Notes under the pieces: generated by a model
What the model was told of the DNA's origin: nothing
The model's input: only the letters and a program-made list of their open reading frames with translations
Database searches by the model: none
Source: Chlamydiota bacterium
Lineage (GTDB): Bacteria; Chlamydiota; Chlamydiia; Chlamydiales; SM23-39
Length of the DNA: 29,190 nt
Direction: 5' to 3'
Assembly (NCBI GenBank): GCA_027459365.1
Contig: DAIDIM010000194.1
Coordinates: 1-29,190 of the forward strand
In this document: in pieces, positions 1 to 8,118 of the stretch
Layout of the letters: the number at the start of each line of letters is the position of its first letter
Numbering within the stretch: position 1 is the stretch's first letter
Made by a program: the position numbers and the translations under genes

Positions 1-229
1 TGGCCATAGAAATAAAACTTGTATCTTTCGGCATCCACAAACAAACTTCCACTAAAAGGAGGCCTGTGCAAAGCATGAATAGCCAGCAAATGAAATAGGT
101 GAGTGCAGAAGGGATAAAGCCAGCGGCTCCGGTTGCGACAGGAAGCGCAAGCATTCCTACGCCAATTGTTGTACCAGCAATCAATAATGTTCCGCCAACA
201 ACGTGGCCCATCGAATGGATAATTCTCAT
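1..229 (-). CDS. tyrP: Aromatic amino acid (Tyr/Trp) permease, HAAAP family; N-terminal part only, truncated by the window start
   Basis: Not in the ORF track. Manual translation from ATG 229: MRIIHSMGHVVGGTLLIAGTTIGVGMLALPVATGAAGFIPSALTYFICWLFMLCTGLLLVEVCLWMP... GTTIGxGMLALP is the family TM1 signature. Alternative start ATG 211. Confidence 0.85.
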   Translation of the reverse strand, partial: MRIIHSMGHVVGGTLLIAGTTIGVGMLALPVATGAAGFIPSALTYFICWLFMLCTGLLLVEVCLWMPKDTSFISMA

Positions 230-447
230 AATCTTCTTATGTGTAATCAAAAAAATTATAGACTGTCAATGAATATATGTCTTCGACTTTGTACAATTTT
301 ATGAATTGCAAGAGCGGATTACAAGAGATTCAAGCGATCTGGAGTTTTCCCCTGTTTTTAAGCATTTTTCGTCAAAAATACCCATTAATTTACGACATGC
401 TAAAAATCACGAATAGTAATAATTCACAATTATTTTTTTAAATATGA

Positions 448-498
448 GACTCTAAATGACTCTAAATGAGTTATTTAGTTCGAATATAGACGAATATA
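448..498. repeat. Two adjacent 10-bp-period tandem duplications upstream of the ATPase gene
   Basis: GACTCTAAAT at 448-457 and 458-467; CGAATATA at 481-488 and 491-498. Confidence 0.55.
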
Positions 499-545
499 CA
501 TTGATTCATTAAAATTGGCCTTAAAATCAAACATGCAAAAACATT

Positions 546-1892
546 ATGAAAAGACTTATAGATTGGCATTTAGAGCGTTGGAAAGAGGATCCTTTTCGCA
601 AACCTTTAATCATTCGAGGAGCGCGACAAATAGGGAAAACTTTTTCAGTGCGCAATTTCGGGAAAAAATTTGCGAATATTGTCGAGGTGAACTTTGAAAA
701 GTCAAAAGAGGTCAAAACCATCTTCTCAAAGAATTTAGATCCTTTAAGAATTATATCTGAACTGAAGGCACTTTTTAAACAACCAATCGAGATAGGGGAG
801 ACTCTTCTTTTTTTTGATGAAATTCAAGAATGTCCGGATGCGCTCACATCATTGCGTTATTTTTATGAAAACTTGCCAAAATTACATCTCATTGCGGCAG
901 GATCGCTCTTAGATTTTGCTATTGAAAAAGTGGGGATCCCTGTCGGGAGGGTAACAAGTCTATACATGTATCCTTTATCGTTTATTGAATTCTTAGTTGC
1001 TACAGGATATTCTATCGCGGCGAGTTCAATTCTTAAAAATGATGCAGGGACGCCAATGTCTGAGGCAATCCATGATCTTTTACTCGACTTAATTGGGCAA
1101 TATTTAACGATTGGTGGATTGCCTGAAGCAGTTTCTTTGTGGGTCAAAACTCAAGATGTTCTAGAAGTTCAAAAAGTACTAAATAGGCTAGCAGATACTT
1201 ATAAACAAGATTTTGACAAATATGCAAAAAGGTATCAAATCAAATATCTTGATGTTTTGTTTAACCAAATTCCACGTTTCATAGGTTGCCAATTTAAATA
1301 TAGTTTGATCCATGGACAATATCAAAAACGGGAACTAGCTCCATGTCTTGATTTGCTCTGCCGCGCAAACATCTTCCACAGAGTTCATCATAGCGCAGGC
1401 AACGCTTTGCCTTTGGGCTCGGAATCAAATTTTGAATGGTTTAAGATCCTTTTTCTGGATGTCGCATTATGTCAAATCATTTTGGGAGCTGATATCTCTT
1501 CCTGGCTTTTGAATAGTCGTGAAACCATTGCAGCAAAGGGAAATATTGTAGAGACATTCGTTGGACAAGAGCTTCTTTGTTATTCTGCTGTCTTTGCAAA
1601 AACCGATCTCTATTTTTGGAAAATTGATAAAGCAGGGTCTCAAGCAGAAGTGGATTATCTCTATCCGTTTCAAAATCGCATTGTTCCCCTTGAAGCAAAG
1701 AGCAAAGATGGGAGAAGTTTAAAAAGTCTTCATCGTTTTTTAGAAACTCATCCACACTGTCATTCAGGGATTCGGCTTTCGTCTGCAAACTATTCTATAT
1801 TTGAAAAAATTGACTCTCGACCTCTTTATGCAATTTGCTCGCTTGCACATCCGGACCAACGATTCAGCCTTGACTCTTTGGTAAAAGAGTGA
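546..1892 (+). CDS. AAA_14-type ATPase with C-terminal DUF4143-like domain
   Basis: 448 aa. Walker A GARQIGKT, Walker B LLFFDEIQ, AAGSLL and GGLPEAV motifs. C-terminal EVDYL...PLEAKS resembles a PD-(D/E)xK motif. Confidence 0.85.
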   Translation: MKRLIDWHLERWKEDPFRKPLIIRGARQIGKTFSVRNFGKKFANIVEVNFEKSKEVKTIFSKNLDPLRIISELKALFKQPIEIGETLLFFDEIQECPDALTSLRYFYENLPKLHLIAAGSLLDFAIEKVGIPVGRVTSLYMYPLSFIEFLVATGYSIAASSILKNDAGTPMSEAIHDLLLDLIGQYLTIGGLPEAVSLWVKTQDVLEVQKVLNRLADTYKQDFDKYAKRYQIKYLDVLFNQIPRFIGCQFKYSLIHGQYQKRELAPCLDLLCRANIFHRVHHSAGNALPLGSESNFEWFKILFLDVALCQIILGADISSWLLNSRETIAAKGNIVETFVGQELLCYSAVFAKTDLYFWKIDKAGSQAEVDYLYPFQNRIVPLEAKSKDGRSLKSLHRFLETHPHCHSGIRLSSANYSIFEKIDSRPLYAICSLAHPDQRFSLDSLVKE

Positions 1893-1941
1893 TGTTGTGG
1901 TAGGATCCATAACAGATCAACCAATATTATATAAACATAAC

Positions 1942-2667
1942 ATGTATTATCAGACGTTCCGTAAGAAATTCAGCCTGCCTCGCCCCATCATACCTCACGC
2001 CATGTTCGATCTCATTGAGCGCGAAATTCGGAAACAGAAACTTGATGTCATAAAAGCAAATCAAAAACAGATGAAAGAGCTAAAGCAGGCCTGTGTTGAG
2101 ATTGAGAAAAATGGATTGCCACAAAATCTTGTCTGTAAAAAGCTTCCAAACAAACTAGGTTATGGGATTTTCCTGCATCCCACTGCCAAACCCATCCCTA
2201 AAGGGCGAATCATTGGATCGTACTCAGGGCTAGTGACTCTATTTCCTCAAAGTAATCCTGGAGATTCTGTCTATTCCTTTGCACCCATTTACGACATTCG
2301 CCTCACAAAAGTTCAACAAAAGCTTTTTGATCCCCAAAGAAGCTACCACCCAAGACGTCTTTATTCTTTGGATATCGATGCAGAAAAAGCGGGTAATTTT
2401 ATCCGCTTTATCAACCACTCTGATAAGCCAAATCTAGTGGCCTATCTATTTAAAATTCCGAAAAACCCCTTCGGTCTTCTCCCCTCTCCAATTGAAGTGA
2501 TCTATTTATCTAACAAGACCATTCGTCCCGGAGAGCAATTACTCATTAGCTATGAAGGCGATGATGGTACCTACTGGAAGTATTTAAAAATCCGTCCAGA
2601 ACCAATTACTCCTCAAACATATCAGCTGGATCACAATCTCAAAAAAAAACTTGACGTTGTCGTTTAA
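1942..2667 (+). CDS. SET-domain protein lysine methyltransferase (chlamydial NUE-like)
   Basis: SET motifs GYGIF, NFIRFINHSDKPN, IRPGEQLLISY. ATG 1942 preferred over the in-frame GTG 1897. Confidence 0.85.
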   Translation: MYYQTFRKKFSLPRPIIPHAMFDLIEREIRKQKLDVIKANQKQMKELKQACVEIEKNGLPQNLVCKKLPNKLGYGIFLHPTAKPIPKGRIIGSYSGLVTLFPQSNPGDSVYSFAPIYDIRLTKVQQKLFDPQRSYHPRRLYSLDIDAEKAGNFIRFINHSDKPNLVAYLFKIPKNPFGLLPSPIEVIYLSNKTIRPGEQLLISYEGDDGTYWKYLKIRPEPITPQTYQLDHNLKKKLDVVV

Positions 2668-2678
2668 TCGTATATTCT
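2651..2678 (+). promoter_or_regulatory. Possible sigma70/sigma66-type promoter of the autotransporter
   Basis: TTGACG (2651-2656), 16-nt spacer, TATTCT (2673-2678), preceded by an A9 tract (2641-2649). Motif match only. Confidence 0.3.
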
Positions 2679-2702
2679 TTTTATGAAAATAAGGTGATTC
2701 GA

Positions 2703-5264
2703 ATGCGCGTTCTTTCAAAAATTTCTCTTTTCGTAGCAGTTTGTGGTTTTTTTAATGCTTGTAGTGATGCAGATTACCTAATTACTAAGCATGATGTAGC
2801 AGTAGCTCCTACACCTGCCCCGGGCCCAATTCCACCAGTCCCACCTCCTCCAGGTCCAACGCCTCCACCCCCACCAGGACCAACGCCTCCGCCTCCACCA
2901 GGACCTACGCCTCCACCCCCACCTTCTGTAGGAATTATAGGTGGCTATGACGGAAATGATAATCTTTACGCCTATACATTAGATCTAAGCAACCTATCAA
3001 ATCCTACTTTCACTCAAATCAGTGGAACGAATTCAGTTTCTGGAGAAATTGTAAATGTCTCTATTGATAGCTCAGGAACGCATGGACTTTTAGGTGGAAA
3101 TGATTTTTCAAATGCTCCCATTTTATTTTCTACATTAGGCAATAATGGAACTGCTATAACTGGGTTGCCCAATAACGGCTCTATTGACAGCGTCGACATT
3201 AATCTAAGCGGCGGAACAACAGGACTTGTTGGTGGACAGATTGCCGGTATTTCTAGTGCTTATAAAATTTTGTTATCAGATAATTCTTTAACGAGTATTT
3301 CTTCTACAACATTTATTGGTACGATAACTAACGTAGCTATAGATAGCGCAGGTGACTGGGGCTTAATGGGAGGAATTGATAATCTTAATATTCTTCATGT
3401 GTTGAATGTTGATGTGTCAACCTCCACTGCTACTGTAATTCCTATCAATGCTATTTCTAACCCAGCGCAAATTCAATTAGAAAGTGTTGCAATTGATCCT
3501 TTTGGCAAAAATGGATTAATTGGATTGGGTATTGCTATTATTACTCCAACAAATCCAGCTTTGGTCATCACGGATTTACAAAAGACGCCGATAGTGAGTG
3601 CAGTCAAATTTCCTTCTACAACACCAAAAGATATTTCAAGTGTAGCAATTAATAGTGCTGATGGAACGATAGCACTCCTTGGAGGAAGAGATCCTTCCTT
3701 TCAAGCTGTGGCATACGTTTTACATAATTTTCCAAATCTGAATGCATTGCAAGTGACTGGAATCTCAACTTTAGATGTTGCAATACCCTATGTTGCAATT
3801 GATGCTTCCGGGAATAGAGGTCTGATTGGAGGAACCGATTTAAACAATGGATTTGCATATGTTATTGATACTACAAGTCTAATAGCTACTCAAATTGGAA
3901 ACCCTGTTGTTGATTTTCCGCTTGCTAGTATTAATACCGTCGCGATTCAATCTTTAGGAACTACAGGTCTTTTGGGAGGTCAAGATGGGAATTTAGACGT
4001 TGCTGTATGGCTACTTACTGGATTGAATGCCTCACCACAGGTAACAAAATTAGCTTTACCTGGCACAATTTTTGGAGGAACCATCTATAGTATCTCTATT
4101 GACGGACTCATTCCCCTTTTAAATGCAATTCCAACAAATGGATTGACAGGCAATAATTTAAGACTTGCAAATTATCTCAATGCGAATGGTTCTAGTACAG
4201 CTGCCTATTTTATGCCATCAGTATTTGATGGAACATTGGCAGCTGCGCTTGAGAGCGTCGCTCCTACACGCAATGCCACTTCTCTATATGCATTGAGTAA
4301 TAGTTTCTTTGCAATTCAACAGACAATCACTCAGAGAGCATGTGATGCAAGGCAATTTCACCGCTCTGTTGCTCTTGATCCTCAAGAAGATTGTTGCTCA
4401 TTTGCAAGAGATCCTTGTCCTGTGAATACAGTTTGGGGAGACATTATCGGCTTTGATGCATACAAAAAAGAACAAGATCAGACGCCACGCTTCCATCCTT
4501 GGAGCGTTGGATTCATTTTAGGATATGATAGAGCCTTAACACAATATGGTCGAATTGGTGGTACGATCGGCTATTTGTATACACATGTACATCAAAATCA
4601 CGATCAAGGACACAATAAGATCAATCAAGAGTATATCTCTTTGTATAGTATGTGGGAGAGATGTAATTTCTTTGTGAATGCATCGCTCTGGTATGGCCTT
4701 TTCCAAACAAACAATTTCCGCGACATTCACATAACCTCGTTTGATTTCCATGTCCATTCCTATGCAACAGGTCAACAATTTGATCCGCACCTTGAGTTCG
4801 GGTATGATTTCGATCTTTGTGACTATACAATCGAGCCATTTGGTATGGCCGACTGGGTTCATAGCTGGCAAGATTCTCTACAGGAATTTGGCAACAATCC
4901 ATTCCGCTTTGCGCAGCAAAAATTGCATGCATCTCTTCTCCGCCTAGAAACAGGGCTCCGTTTTTATGAAAGATTTGGTTTCTGTTATGGGAATCTGATC
5001 ATCGAAGAAAACTTAAGCTATGTTTATAGAAAACCATATTCAATCGGAAATGTAAGAGGCTTTTTAGTTGACGCAGCATTATCTCCTGGCGACTTAATTC
5101 TTGAGACATTTACACATGCTGAAAATTTAGGATCAGCAGGACTTGTCTTTGTCTTTGAACCAAAGAGCTCTTGCTTTCCTTCTGCAACCCTTGGCTACAA
5201 AGCCGAATTTGGCTCTGGTTATCAATCTCATGAAATTACACTCGGCACAGAGTGGAGTTTCTAA
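2703..5264 (+). CDS. Autotransporter (type Va), probable lipoprotein, with Pro-rich tract and beta-propeller-like passenger
   Basis: Signal peptide ending FFNA-C20, with AAGGTGA RBS before ATG 2703. Passenger has ~45-50-aa repeats. C-terminal ~280 aa has alternating beta-strand pattern ending GYQSHEITLGTEWSF (terminal Phe). Confidence 0.8.
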   Translation: MRVLSKISLFVAVCGFFNACSDADYLITKHDVAVAPTPAPGPIPPVPPPPGPTPPPPPGPTPPPPPGPTPPPPPSVGIIGGYDGNDNLYAYTLDLSNLSNPTFTQISGTNSVSGEIVNVSIDSSGTHGLLGGNDFSNAPILFSTLGNNGTAITGLPNNGSIDSVDINLSGGTTGLVGGQIAGISSAYKILLSDNSLTSISSTTFIGTITNVAIDSAGDWGLMGGIDNLNILHVLNVDVSTSTATVIPINAISNPAQIQLESVAIDPFGKNGLIGLGIAIITPTNPALVITDLQKTPIVSAVKFPSTTPKDISSVAINSADGTIALLGGRDPSFQAVAYVLHNFPNLNALQVTGISTLDVAIPYVAIDASGNRGLIGGTDLNNGFAYVIDTTSLIATQIGNPVVDFPLASINTVAIQSLGTTGLLGGQDGNLDVAVWLLTGLNASPQVTKLALPGTIFGGTIYSISIDGLIPLLNAIPTNGLTGNNLRLANYLNANGSSTAAYFMPSVFDGTLAAALESVAPTRNATSLYALSNSFFAIQQTITQRACDARQFHRSVALDPQEDCCSFARDPCPVNTVWGDIIGFDAYKKEQDQTPRFHPWSVGFILGYDRALTQYGRIGGTIGYLYTHVHQNHDQGHNKINQEYISLYSMWERCNFFVNASLWYGLFQTNNFRDIHITSFDFHVHSYATGQQFDPHLEFGYDFDLCDYTIEPFGMADWVHSWQDSLQEFGNNPFRFAQQKLHASLLRLETGLRFYERFGFCYGNLIIEENLSYVYRKPYSIGNVRGFLVDAALSPGDLILETFTHAENLGSAGLVFVFEPKSSCFPSATLGYKAEFGSGYQSHEITLGTEWSF
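2808..2924 (+). repeat. Coding polyproline repeat, (PPPPPGPT)n, 24-nt unit with diverged codons
   Basis: Translates PTPAPGPIPPVPPPPGPTPPPPPGPTPPPPPGPTPPPPP. Confidence 0.9.
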
Positions 5265-5273
5265 AGTAATCGT

Positions 5274-5328
5274 CCGCTCGGATTTCTTCTCTGTGAACTC
5301 TGTGTTCTCTAGCGAGGTTTCCGAGCGG
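5274..5328. terminator. GC-rich hairpin between convergent genes (terminator or REP-like element)
   Basis: Stem CCGCTCGGA (5274-5282) / TCCGAGCGG (5320-5328). Loop has three 9-nt units: CTCTGTGAA, CTCTGTGTT, CTCTAGCGA. Confidence 0.55.
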
Positions 5329-5339
5329 GTGGTAAAAAT

Positions 5340-6512
5340 TTAAGCAAGAGCTAGCAGAAAGCTTTTGAGGTATGCACTTTCTGGATGAAAGATAGAGATA
5401 GGATGGTCGATTGCTTGTCGATGTGAACTGATGATTCGAACTTGACGTTTGGCGTCTAAACTTGCTCGAAATAAGAGATTGCGAAAGAGCGCCTCATCTA
5501 CGTGGTAGGAACAAGTGCATGCGAGAAGTAGGCTATTAGGAGCCATTTTGCTCATTGCATATTGGTTCATCTCTTTATACGCTTTGAACGCTTGGGGAAT
5601 GTCCCCCTTCTTCTTTGCAAAGGCAGGTGGATCGAGAATCACAATGTCGTAATCCCAATCTGATGTTTTCAAATATTCGAAGACATCGCTGCATACAAAA
5701 GAATGCGAGCCATTGAGATTGTTAATATTGAGATTCTTTTCAAGATGGTGCTGACATTTTTTGCTAATTTCGACGCTTGTAACATGTGTTGCACCGCCGA
5801 AAAGTGCTGCGATCGAAAAGCCTCCTGTATAGGCAAAGCAATTGAGAACTCTCCGATTTTTCGATAGGCTTGCAATGAGAGAGCGAGATTCTCTTTGGTC
5901 TAGAAAAAATCCTGTTTTTTGCCCTTCCTGAAAATCGACAGCATATCGAATTCCATTTTCTAAAATTTCAATTTCGGAAATCTCTTCTCCATAGAGATGT
6001 CCTCTACTTTCCTGCATCCCCCCTTTTTCTCGCAATTTTGAGGTCGATTTTTCAATGATTGCGCGAGGATGGCATATTTCAATGCATAGCGATATGAGCA
6101 AATCTTTTATTTTTTCGATACCTGGATGGGAAATCTGAAGAACAAGAACTTCTGCATAGGAATCAATGATGACTCCTGGAATCCCATCCCCTTCTGCATT
6201 GATCAGACGATAGGCATTTGTTTTTGAGGGATCAAACCACTTTTCACGCATGCGAAAGGCCGATTGGAGACGATTTTTGAGCGCTCCTTCTAAGCTCTCA
6301 TCGCCAAAAGCGATCATATGGGCAGCAATCGATTGGCCGGGGGTGTTTAAAAGTGCAAGGCCTAATTGCACGCCGTTTGAGGAAAAGACAGATGCAATGC
6401 TTCCTGATCGCTGTAGAGAGGCAATGGCTCCGGAATAAATCCAGTGATGCCTTTGCAGAATGGGTTTTTCTTTCCCTATCTTTAGATCAATGCGAGACGT
6501 GGTTTCTTGCAT
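5340..6512 (-). CDS. rlmI: RlmI/RlmK-family class I SAM-dependent rRNA methyltransferase
   Basis: PUA-like N-terminus (HHWIYSG); motifs EGDGIPG, GQKTGFFLDQRE, VLNCFAYTGGF, ILDPPAFAK, DHP...YLK. Confidence 0.8.
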   Translation of the reverse strand: MQETTSRIDLKIGKEKPILQRHHWIYSGAIASLQRSGSIASVFSSNGVQLGLALLNTPGQSIAAHMIAFGDESLEGALKNRLQSAFRMREKWFDPSKTNAYRLINAEGDGIPGVIIDSYAEVLVLQISHPGIEKIKDLLISLCIEICHPRAIIEKSTSKLREKGGMQESRGHLYGEEISEIEILENGIRYAVDFQEGQKTGFFLDQRESRSLIASLSKNRRVLNCFAYTGGFSIAALFGGATHVTSVEISKKCQHHLEKNLNINNLNGSHSFVCSDVFEYLKTSDWDYDIVILDPPAFAKKKGDIPQAFKAYKEMNQYAMSKMAPNSLLLACTCSYHVDEALFRNLLFRASLDAKRQVRIISSHRQAIDHPISIFHPESAYLKSFLLALA

Positions 6513-7864
6513 TCTTTGGGCTCAAGTACTGTGCCAATAAGATCGTAATCGGTAGCGTCTGTAATTTCGACTTCGTAAACTTTGCCGAAGGCCGTCACGT
6601 TTCGTCCATCGTTAATGATGATTTGACCGTCGATGTCAGGACATTGGCCACTGAAACGTGCCCGAAGTAACATCGGTGAATCAGGATGGAATCCTTCCAC
6701 AACTGCCATCACTTTCCGCCCAATCCACGATTTTGTCCGTTTGCGAACAACTTTGAGTTGCGCTCTTTTTAACCGATCAAAACGATCTTGTTTGACCTCT
6801 TCAGAGATTTGGTCTGGAAGTTTTGCTGCATAAGCCTCTTTTTCTAGAGAAAATTTAAAGACACCAATATTGTCGAGAGGATGTTTTTTCACAAATTCGA
6901 GTAGCTCTTCAAACTGTTCTTCTGTCTCACCTGGAAAACCAACCATAAGTGATGTACGGATAGAGATGTTGGGGATTTCGCGTCTGATTTTTTCAATGAT
7001 TCCGATGATCTGCTTTTTTGTAGTTTTTCTATGCATTGCCTTCAACATGGTATCATTGATGTGCTGAATAGGCATATCAAGATAGGGGCAAACTCGAGGA
7101 TCGCTCTTGATCACCTCAATGAGCTCATCATCAATCTCATCGGGGTAAAGATAGAGTAGGCGAAGCCAAAAATCTTGTTTGATCTCTAAAATTGAGCGAA
7201 TGAGCTTGGCAAGTGCCCCTTTCTCCAATCGATCTTTCCCAAAATCGCCAAGGTCTTGGGCAATTAAAATGATCTCGAAAACCCCTTGCGAAAGAAGTGC
7301 ATTGAATTCTTTTAAAACTTGAGCTTCCGTTTTGCTTTTGAGGGGCCCTTTAATGGTCGGAATAATGCAAAAAGCGCACCGTTTTTTACATCCTTCGGCA
7401 ATCTTTAGGTAAGCATAATTTTTAGGGGTAGTCAGAGTTCTTGGGATCTCTCCCCATTCAAGATAGCTTCGTGCATTTGTGACTGCATTGCCAGCTTCGC
7501 CCGACTGAACTGCCAATAAAATTTTTTCTACATCGCCGCTTCCTAAAAGATAGTGAATTTCAGGAAATTTTTCTTTGAGCTCCCCGCCATGCTTTTGAAC
7601 CATGCAGCCAGCAACAATGACCTTTGCATCTCCTTTTTTATTCTTAAACAGATCTGCAATGGTCTCTACCCCCTCTTGCCGGGATGATTCGAGAAAGCCG
7701 CATGTATTGACTACGAGATAGTCTGCCTCTTCAAGTCGAGGCGTGGCCTCATACCCTGCTTTCAAAAGGATCCCAATCATCACCTCGCTATCGACAAGAT
7801 TCCGGGCGCAGCCAAGGGATGTAAAATGAAATTTATTTTGAAAGTTCAGATTTCTATTTAGCAT
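6482..7864 (-). CDS. rimO: Ribosomal protein S12 methylthiotransferase RimO
   Basis: SLGCARNLVDSE, VNTCGF, VAGCMVQ; radical-SAM CKKRCAFC; C-terminal TRAM-like region. ATG 7864 preferred over 7900. Confidence 0.93.
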   Translation of the reverse strand: MLNRNLNFQNKFHFTSLGCARNLVDSEVMIGILLKAGYEATPRLEEADYLVVNTCGFLESSRQEGVETIADLFKNKKGDAKVIVAGCMVQKHGGELKEKFPEIHYLLGSGDVEKILLAVQSGEAGNAVTNARSYLEWGEIPRTLTTPKNYAYLKIAEGCKKRCAFCIIPTIKGPLKSKTEAQVLKEFNALLSQGVFEIILIAQDLGDFGKDRLEKGALAKLIRSILEIKQDFWLRLLYLYPDEIDDELIEVIKSDPRVCPYLDMPIQHINDTMLKAMHRKTTKKQIIGIIEKIRREIPNISIRTSLMVGFPGETEEQFEELLEFVKKHPLDNIGVFKFSLEKEAYAAKLPDQISEEVKQDRFDRLKRAQLKVVRKRTKSWIGRKVMAVVEGFHPDSPMLLRARFSGQCPDIDGQIIINDGRNVTAFGKVYEVEITDATDYDLIGTVLEPKECKKPRLALI

Positions 7865-7925
7865 GGTAGTATCATAGTTTTGAATGCAATAAAAAATCAA
7901 CCATTAAATAGACAAAAGTGTTAAA

Positions 7926-8090
7926 CTCGACTTATGTCATTTTCTGATGGCATCTCAGGTGAGAGCGTCCGCGCTTTTATTATTTTTTTGCTCGTCAATA
8001 GGGACGTTGCAGCTATTAACTCGCAAAAAAATAATAAAATCATCGGACGCCTCCTTCGGATCTGCCTTTCAAAAAATGACATAAGACGAG
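7926..8090 (-). mobile_element. MITE family A, copy 1 (165 bp)
   Basis: Termini CTCGACTTATGTCATTTT...AAAATGACATAAGACGAG. Flanked by TTAAA at 7921-7925 and 8091-8095. About 95% identical (6 substitutions, 2 single-base indels) to the reverse complement of 24307-24471. Confidence 0.9.
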
Positions 8091-8118
8091 TTAAACTGTT
8101 CGGCAAAAAAGGGTCCAT

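Noticed and set aside
7921-8118. ORFs of 62-65 aa running through family A copies (also 28993-29181) as a MITE-encoded peptide or toxin
   Set aside because: Single-base indels between copies 1 and 2 break the frames, so no peptide is conserved.
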